Positions 59,008 through 64,000 of a DNA stretch of 64,000 bases are shown here, piece after piece. Position 1 is the first letter of the stretch, and each line of letters starts with the position of its first letter. A program made the translations under genes and the position numbers. Below the pieces are notes generated by a model. That model was not told the origin of the DNA and made no database searches. It saw nothing but the letters and a program-made list of their open reading frames with translations. The stretch lies in IMG/VR virus record IMGVR_UViG_3300032312_001958; one strand, given 5' to 3'. This DNA is from a virus (taxonomy: Duplodnaviria; Caudoviricetes).

Positions 59008-59442
59008 ATGAAAAAAATAGTTAGATTAACAGAATCAGATATTGTTAGATTAGTTAAAAAAGTAATCAACGAAAATAAAAAAATGTTGAATGAAGCTGAA
59101 GTTCCTATTGATTCAGGAGGTGCATACAAAGGACATTCAGTTGATGCCTTAGAAGTTGTTCAAGGAGGAAAACCATTCCTTGATGTGTTAATGTCTGATG
59201 GTTCAAGAAAAAGATATAAAGTTACTACTAAACTTGGTGATGTTAATTTCGATAAAGTATGGATGAGTGGGGATAAATTAGGTGTTAGATTTTATAGTGG
59301 TAGTGGTGGTAAAACAACTGATATAACTATTCCAAGTAATAAAACATATGATTTATTTGAGAAATTAAAAAATAAACCAGGAAATCATACAATTGTTAAT
59401 GATAGTTTAACAGAACCAAATATTCAATTTATTGCAGTATAA
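59008..59442 (+). CDS. LTESD-leader protein
   Basis: MKKIVRLTESDIVRLVKKVINE. Confidence 0.78.
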   Translation: MKKIVRLTESDIVRLVKKVINENKKMLNEAEVPIDSGGAYKGHSVDALEVVQGGKPFLDVLMSDGSRKRYKVTTKLGDVNFDKVWMSGDKLGVRFYSGSGGKTTDITIPSNKTYDLFEKLKNKPGNHTIVNDSLTEPNIQFIAV

Positions 59443-59461
59443 TATAATTTTAAATTTAAAT

Positions 59462-59489
59462 AAAAACCCCTCCAAAAGAGGGGTTTTTT
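59462..59489. terminator. bidirectional intrinsic terminator
   Basis: AAAAACCCCTC-CAAAA-GAGGGGTTTTTT between convergent genes. Confidence 0.85.
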
Positions 59490-59508
59490 AATATAATAGG
59501 ATTTTGTA

Positions 59509-59934
59509 TTAGTTAACCGATACAACTTCCAAATCAAAAATAAGTTTTTTACCTGCAAGTGGATGATTCATATCCAATACAACAGTATCTTCCTTAATTT
59601 CCGATACAGTAACGTTTACAGGTCCATATTGGTTCATACCCTGTAATTGGTCTCCAACTTTAACTTCGGCAGGAACTTTAGACTTTTCAACTTCTTGAAT
59701 TAACATTGGATTTGGTTCTCCATAAGCATTTTCAGGTTCGATTTCAATAGTTCTTGTTTCTCCAACTGACATACCCATTAGTCCGTTTTCAAAACCTGGA
59801 ATTAATTGACCTTGACCCAAAGTTGTAACTAATGGAGTACGACCTTCAATAAGAGAGCTATCAAAAATAGTCCCGTCTTCTAATTTTCCTGTGTAATTTA
59901 CGGTAACACTATCACCATTTTCAATTTTTTTCAT
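59509..59934 (-). CDS. FKBP-type peptidyl-prolyl isomerase (SlyD/FkpB-like)
   Basis: V.V.YTG.L.DG..FDSS, G.GQLIPGFE, P..AYG, D.NHPLAGK.L.F. Confidence 0.92.
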   Translation of the reverse strand: MKKIENGDSVTVNYTGKLEDGTIFDSSLIEGRTPLVTTLGQGQLIPGFENGLMGMSVGETRTIEIEPENAYGEPNPMLIQEVEKSKVPAEVKVGDQLQGMNQYGPVNVTVSEIKEDTVVLDMNHPLAGKKLIFDLEVVSVN

Positions 59935-60008
59935 AGTTTAATAATAAAATATTATTTTTTATTTGTCAAATACAAATTAAGATATATTTATATAGAAATA
60001 GAAAAATT

Positions 60009-60365
60009 ATGAAAAAAATACGTTTAACCGAATCAGAATTAACTGAGTTAATTAAGAACATTGTTAATGAAACTCAAGAAAAAGAGATGAAAGAAGAAAT
60101 GGAAAATTACTTCAACCCTGAAGCGATGGAAACAGGTGAGGCGATTGTTACCATTATTGGAACTGTAATTGGAATGTTAGGAATTGCAGGTTCTCACTAC
60201 ATTAAAGCGGCAATTAAAAAATTGAGAAAATCAGGTAATGATGCTGAAGCAGATAAGGTGGAAGGGGCATTACAAGCTGAAATGAGTAAAATGAAAAGTC
60301 GTGAGATGAGTTCTGATAAAGATGGACCAGTAATGGAAAGTCGTATTGTTAGAAGAAGAAAATAA
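60009..60365 (+). CDS. LTESEL-leader protein with one hydrophobic helix
   Basis: MKKIRLTESELTELIKNIVNE; AIVTIIGTVIGMLGIAG. Confidence 0.75.
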   Translation: MKKIRLTESELTELIKNIVNETQEKEMKEEMENYFNPEAMETGEAIVTIIGTVIGMLGIAGSHYIKAAIKKLRKSGNDAEADKVEGALQAEMSKMKSREMSSDKDGPVMESRIVRRRK

Positions 60366-60381
60366 AATATATAAAATTGTT

Positions 60382-60412
60382 AAAAACCCTCAATAGTGAG
60401 GGTTTTTTTTTT
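60382..60412 (+). terminator. intrinsic terminator
   Basis: AAAAACCCTCA-ATAG-TGAGGG followed by long T run. Confidence 0.8.
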
Positions 60413-60467
60413 GTACATTTAAAAAAAATGTGTATATTTGTTTAATAATTAAAACAATAACCCGACC

Positions 60468-60632
60468 ATGAAAAACTTCAAACTAAAATTAACAGCCTGT
60501 ATGATGGCTTTGGCAATTGATATGATTTTAATTGTAAATGCTCCAAATAAATCAGTATTCACTATTGGTATTTTGTTGGCAGTAATCCAATCGGTTTTAT
60601 GGGGTAAACTAATGTCTGAAATTAAAGAATAA
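60468..60632 (+). CDS. small two-TM protein (not in ORF track)
   Basis: 54 aa; own TATATTTG promoter (60433) and terminator (60633-60657). Confidence 0.55.
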   Translation: MKNFKLKLTACMMALAIDMILIVNAPNKSVFTIGILLAVIQSVLWGKLMSEIKE

Positions 60633-60657
60633 AAAAACCCCTCAAAGAGGGGTTTTT
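60633..60657. terminator. bidirectional intrinsic terminator
   Basis: AAAAACCCCTC-AAA-GAGGGGTTTTT. Confidence 0.8.
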
Positions 60658-60658
60658 A

Positions 60659-60754
60659 TTAGAATACTTCTACTTCTTCCGTCATTAACTGATAGGCTCT
60701 TGCAAGTCGTGTCATTCCACCACCAAAACGTGGGAAGAAATTGTGAGATAAAAA
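60659..60754 (-). pseudogene. 3' remnant of class II aaRS-like (AsnRS/AspRS-related) gene
   Basis: FLSHNFFPRFGGGMTRLARAYQLMTEEVEVF* resembles motif 3; no upstream body. Confidence 0.45.
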
Positions 60755-60765
60755 TATTTATTAAT

Positions 60766-60972
60766 ATGGAATTAGATAACATTAATCAATTAGTTTTTGA
60801 ATTTTTTGAAAGTAGGAGTGATTTAAAAAGTAAATTTTATGATTCACTTCATCGTTTAATTTTCGATAAAGAAAGTACTCATTTAAAAAATTTATTAATT
60901 TCTTATGAAAGTCAAATAATTGATTTTGAAAAAAGAAAAAATAAAAAAACTACAGAAAAAGAAAAAGAATAA
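60766..60972 (+). CDS. hypothetical protein (start revised)
   Basis: ATG after ATATTTAT. Confidence 0.5.
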   Translation: MELDNINQLVFEFFESRSDLKSKFYDSLHRLIFDKESTHLKNLLISYESQIIDFEKRKNKKTTEKEKE

Positions 60973-61218
60973 TTATTTTTTGATTAATGATAGATTTTGG
61001 TATTAAACATAAAAATGTTTGTCAACAGTGCAGACGAGAAAAAGAAGATTGTTGTGAATTAACATCTTCTTTGTCTGATAAAAAGTACATATTGTGTTTA
61101 TCTTGTGTACGATTTTTTGACTACTTCTTAAATCACCCAAAAACTTTAAGACAAAAAAATAAAAAATAGAAAACAACTATATTTTTAAGTTTTTTGTAAA
61201 GAATAATATTTATTCTAT

Positions 61219-62637
61219 ATGAAAGAATTATTAACTGAGGGTGGAATACGTAATATTAACGAATTATCTAAAAGATACAAAAAAGCGAAAATTTATTTTC
61301 ATATGGACTTAGATGGTGTTACAACCGCTTTGGCCATGAAAAAATATTTGGAAGATAACGGAATCAAAGTTGTTGAATCAGAAATTATACAATACGGAGA
61401 CAAAGAATTTTCAGTTAGAAAAGCCGATGCTCATGGGGAAGTTATGCCAGTGTTAGTAGATTTCGCACATGGTAAACCAATGTTTATCGTACATACGGAC
61501 CATCATGATAGACAAGCGGGGGCCGAGGATACAGGGTCTAAATCATTTAGACAAGCTCGTTCAAATGTTGAAACTTTATCTCAAATAATACCTGCAAATG
61601 AAATTTTTACTCCTGAAGATGTTTCAACAATATCTATGGTCGATAGTGCTGACTACGCTTCTAAAAATATCACACCTAAAATGGTGATGAACTACGTATT
61701 TAATTTTGAAAAAGACAAATCCGCCAAAGAAAATAGAATGATGTTGGGATTGGTAACTAACAAATTATTGTTGGCATTTAAAAACAAACCCAATTTTCTT
61801 GAGAATTTAGTTATGACTGCAAAACCGTCAATACTCTCAATATTTAACATAATTAGTAAGGTAGTAAAAGAAAAAAACTATCCATCATCATCTGAGTTAG
61901 AAAAGAATAAAGAAGGATATATTAAATCAATGAAAAGCAGTCCAAACGTAAAAGTTGAGGACGGAATAATTGTTCAATATGGTGGTGGTAGTATGATAAA
62001 GGCCGGTTCATATGATAGGTACACTCCATTTGAAAATAATCCTGACGCCGACTTTTTGGTTATTGCTTGGCCATTAGGTTTATTACAAGCGTCTTGTAAT
62101 CCATTTAAAAAAGAAAGAGAATTAAAAGGGGTAAATCTTGGTGAAATTGCTCAAGAAGTTTTGAGTAAATGGGAAAGTAAATTAAAAGATAAAGTTATAC
62201 CACTGTCAACAATTAAGTGGATTTCAGAATCTGATAAATCTTTTAGTGAACAATCTGTAGGATTCACATTCAAAGACTTTGCGGCAATTTACGGTGAAAA
62301 AATGATGGACATTGATAATGGTATGGAATATTTGGGTATTATAAAAGACCTAATGTCAAAACCATTTAAAAGTTTAACAGACCAAGAGAAAGAATTATTA
62401 GATAAATTGGGTGTAACTGCTTGGGACATAATACAGGCAAATTCTGGTGGTCACAAATGTATTACTAACATTTCAGGTTTAAATTTCTTTGGTAGAAGTA
62501 AAAGGCCACCTGAAGGGAAATACAGTAAACCTGCGGATAGTGAAGATGCTGTATATGTTAAATTCTTAAAGACATTACAAAAAGAATTCGTACAAAAATT
62601 ACAAGAAAAAATTAAAGAATCTAAATCGGTAAAATAA
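61219..62637 (+). CDS. DHH-family phosphoesterase
   Basis: H.DLDG, VLVDF, TDHH, VDSAD, GGH. Confidence 0.8.
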   Translation: MKELLTEGGIRNINELSKRYKKAKIYFHMDLDGVTTALAMKKYLEDNGIKVVESEIIQYGDKEFSVRKADAHGEVMPVLVDFAHGKPMFIVHTDHHDRQAGAEDTGSKSFRQARSNVETLSQIIPANEIFTPEDVSTISMVDSADYASKNITPKMVMNYVFNFEKDKSAKENRMMLGLVTNKLLLAFKNKPNFLENLVMTAKPSILSIFNIISKVVKEKNYPSSSELEKNKEGYIKSMKSSPNVKVEDGIIVQYGGGSMIKAGSYDRYTPFENNPDADFLVIAWPLGLLQASCNPFKKERELKGVNLGEIAQEVLSKWESKLKDKVIPLSTIKWISESDKSFSEQSVGFTFKDFAAIYGEKMMDIDNGMEYLGIIKDLMSKPFKSLTDQEKELLDKLGVTAWDIIQANSGGHKCITNISGLNFFGRSKRPPEGKYSKPADSEDAVYVKFLKTLQKEFVQKLQEKIKESKSVK

Positions 62638-62968
62638 TTTTATCTCCGACATTTATTTTATTTTTTTGACAATATCCTGAAGGTAATTCTAATACGTAAT
62701 TACCTGATGAGCAGTATCTTGGACAATCTTCAGAGTTACATTTTTCACATGAGTTGAATATCTTAACGATTTCAAATTTTTCATTTAGAAATAAAATGTC
62801 TAAATCAATTATACAATCTTTCATCCAAAAACAATCGTAATCATCACCAATTAAAAATAACATACACCCAAACCCATCAAAAGTTTTGTTTTGCATACCT
62901 TCCATTTTTTCTTTTGGTGTTGAACAAACCTTACATGTTAATTTTTTACCTTTAAGTGAAATTTTCAT
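62621..62968 (-). CDS. DUF192 family protein
   Basis: GM...MLF..FWMK....LDI.F..C..Y..YVLEL..G......GD. Confidence 0.85.
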   Translation of the reverse strand: MKISLKGKKLTCKVCSTPKEKMEGMQNKTFDGFGCMLFLIGDDYDCFWMKDCIIDLDILFLNEKFEIVKIFNSCEKCNSEDCPRYCSSGNYVLELPSGYCQKNKINVGDKIILPI

Positions 62969-63027
62969 ATTATATAAATAGATTGATTTTTTATTTGATT
63001 GTAGTATTTATAGTATATTGAAATGTT

Positions 63028-63390
63028 ATGAGTAAAAAAATTAATATAAACGAATCCGAAAAAGAAAGAATCCTCAATTTACATAATGACCCATCTTTAA
63101 AAAGAAAATTATTTGAAACTGAGGTACCTGAAACTTTAACTCCTGAAACTCTTAAGCCAAGAACTAAGGATGAATTTATGAAAGTTTTTAATATGGGACA
63201 AAATTACCCATGTTCATTCCAACACGGACATTTTAAAGTTGATGACACTCAATTAAATGCTCCTGATAAGGATGACTTTGAAATAAAAGATGGTACTACA
63301 GGAAACGTTTATCACGACGCGGTTAAAGTTTATTTCAAACCAAATCCGTCCTTTGAAGGACACAAACCTGTTGCGATTGTTTTATTTTAA
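63028..63390 (+). CDS. INESEKERILNLH-leader protein
   Basis: leader shared with 54223 and 57871. Confidence 0.7.
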   Translation: MSKKININESEKERILNLHNDPSLKRKLFETEVPETLTPETLKPRTKDEFMKVFNMGQNYPCSFQHGHFKVDDTQLNAPDKDDFEIKDGTTGNVYHDAVKVYFKPNPSFEGHKPVAIVLF

Positions 63391-64000
63391 AACTCTATTT
63401 GTTTTTCAAATAATACGTGATGTTCGTAATCTTCTTCGTTAACACCTATAGATAATTGAACCAAGTTGTCATCGGTATATATTTCAAAATAACCCTGAGA
63501 ACCTTCATTTATTTCCCATCCTCCATAATTTGATTCTAACATGTTATAAAGAAAGTCATTAAAGGATGCTGGCAATTCCACTTCTATATCTCCATTACCT
63601 AATCCACGTTCATCAATATATCCGCTATCACCACCTCCGTTGAAATCTACTCTAATGGTTCTAATTCCTTCTGATTTCCACTTGGTAATCTCCTCAATCA
63701 TTTCTTTATCAGTAATTTCTTTTTCATTACCATAATCTCTTGTATTTGTGATAGATTCTCTATCCTCAATAGACAATGATTGATTTTTAACGGTATATCT
63801 AACATAAATATTGTGATTATTATCCCAATCTATGTTATCCCAAATTGACTCATTATTTACAACTACTTCATATAATTTTTCAAAAAAATTTCTTAATTTT
63901 TCAGGAACTTTTGGTTCAAATGCTCCCTGGACGTATGGATGAAACCAACCAGAGTCAACGTCTCCTCCGGCATTAACGTAGAATTCTGCGGATATGTATT
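63387..64000 (-). CDS. hypothetical protein, probably 5'-partial, with F.GGGDSG motif
   Basis: frame stays open upstream of 63776; FNGGGDSG..GWEINEGSQG. Confidence 0.65.
   Translation of the reverse strand, partial: YISAEFYVNAGGDVDSGWFHPYVQGAFEPKVPEKLRNFFEKLYEVVVNNESIWDNIDWDNNHNIYVRYTVKNQSLSIEDRESITNTRDYGNEKEITDKEMIEEITKWKSEGIRTIRVDFNGGGDSGYIDERGLGNGDIEVELPASFNDFLYNMLESNYGGWEINEGSQGYFEIYTDDNLVQLSIGVNEEDYEHHVLFEKQIEF

Noticed and set aside
1-64000. tRNA/rRNA genes, transposases, integrases, major virion structural genes
   Set aside because: None recognised by eye; phage origin is inferred from gene content and organisation, not from capsid or terminase genes.

Overview
AT-rich, gene-dense segment most consistent with a large (jumbo) phage of Bacteroidota. 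The evidence is many short hypothetical genes, no Shine-Dalgarno sites, Bacteroidota-type TAnnTTTG promoters and scattered single metabolic genes (mgsA, thyA, purA, GSII, rfbA/rfbB). Layout: 0-9 kb is an RNA-repair-like neighbourhood (Rnl1 ligase, P-loop kinase, two phosphoesterases, cyclic-phosphate receiver, AEP-motif protein) plus a GIY-YIG endonuclease. 12-20 kb is a complete two-component module (two His kinases, one receiver, membrane partners) just upstream of a GH19 endolysin with holin/spanin-like genes. 20-32 kb holds auxiliary metabolic genes. 30-64 kb holds dozens of small proteins with shared N-terminal leaders (MKY[IL]ITES, MKK[IV][IV]RLTES[DE], MNLQExIRRVLRE, ISxxEKxRI), mostly behind a second promoter-like motif, RTATTTAT. 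Also present are a DUF262-HNH nuclease and an origin-like non-coding region at 47.6-50.5 kb. The most unusual element is a CRISPR-like array at 41280-41645 (36-nt repeats, 30-nt unique spacers) lying in frame at the 3' end of a gene, with no cas genes in the window. All calls are from motif recognition by eye; no searches were run.
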